A stretch of 64,000 nt of DNA from Candidatus Acidiferrales bacterium. Lineage in GTDB: Bacteria > Acidobacteriota > Terriglobia > Acidiferrales > UBA7541. The stretch covers positions 33,916 to 97,915 of the forward strand of contig CAWBVH010000052.1 of assembly GCA_963792145.1 (NCBI GenBank), in the 5' to 3' direction. This document shows, piece by piece, positions 63,847 to 64,000 of this stretch. The notes beneath the pieces were generated by a model that did not search any database, was not told the DNA's origin, and worked only from the letters and a program-made list of their open reading frames with translations. Position 1 is the stretch's first letter; each line of letters opens with the position of its first letter. The position numbers and the translations under genes are program-made.

Positions 63847-64000
63847 ATGTCCACTCCCGATAAAATCGACGCGCACCAGAAAGCGCTCTCACTGAACCTG
63901 GACGCCAGCGCTTTTGGTTCGTTCGCCGAAATCGGCGCCGGGCAGGAAGTCGCGCGCTGGTTCCTGCGAGTTGGTGGAGCTTCCGGCACGGTGGCGAAGA
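63847..64000 (+). CDS. 5' part of a conserved hypothetical protein, truncated by the window edge
   Basis: Hand translation MSTPDKIDAHQKALSLNLD..FGSFAEIGAGQEVARWF.RVGGASGTVAK, a conserved N-terminal motif of unknown function. Confidence 0.7.
   Translation, partial: MSTPDKIDAHQKALSLNLDASAFGSFAEIGAGQEVARWFLRVGGASGTVAK

Noticed and set aside
63643-64000. Single ORF fusing ATG 63643 to the gene at 63847
   Set aside because: In frame only because of the apparent extra base; the intervening translation is not protein-like and ATG 63847 has its own GGAG.

Overview
GC-rich bacterial chromosomal segment, most likely Acidobacteriota. This is an inference from the PadR plus duplicated orphan ABC-permease pair, the rplM-rpsI-rpsB-tsf-pyrH-frr order and the style of the ribosomal proteins. 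Left arm (1-22 kb): secreted peptidases/amidohydrolases, an aminotransferase, an APC permease, a four-gene type IV minor-pilin operon ending in a ~990-aa PilX-like protein, an osmoprotectant ABC transporter and a Tat-exported amidase. Centre (22.2-52.9 kb, minus strand): contiguous str-S10-spc-alpha ribosomal cluster and, two genes upstream, rplM-rpsI-rpsB-tsf-pyrH-frr. Right arm: CsgG-family protein, membrane Ser/Thr kinase, decayed asnA and PEP/pyruvate-binding-domain remnants, a LysM protein, and a PadR-ADOP permease pair with a truncated duplicate. The main unexplained signals are (1) an unrecognised, very basic, Cys/His-containing 103-aa gene between rplB and rpsS, (2) AT-rich inverted 7-nt tandem-repeat hairpins filling many junctions of the translation operons from stop codon to next Shine-Dalgarno, (3) two large insertions in EF-G, and (4) a ~375-nt structured rpsL leader. 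About ten genes carry a single extra base, which looks like sequencing/assembly error rather than biology. No tRNA, rRNA, CRISPR array or transposase was recognised.
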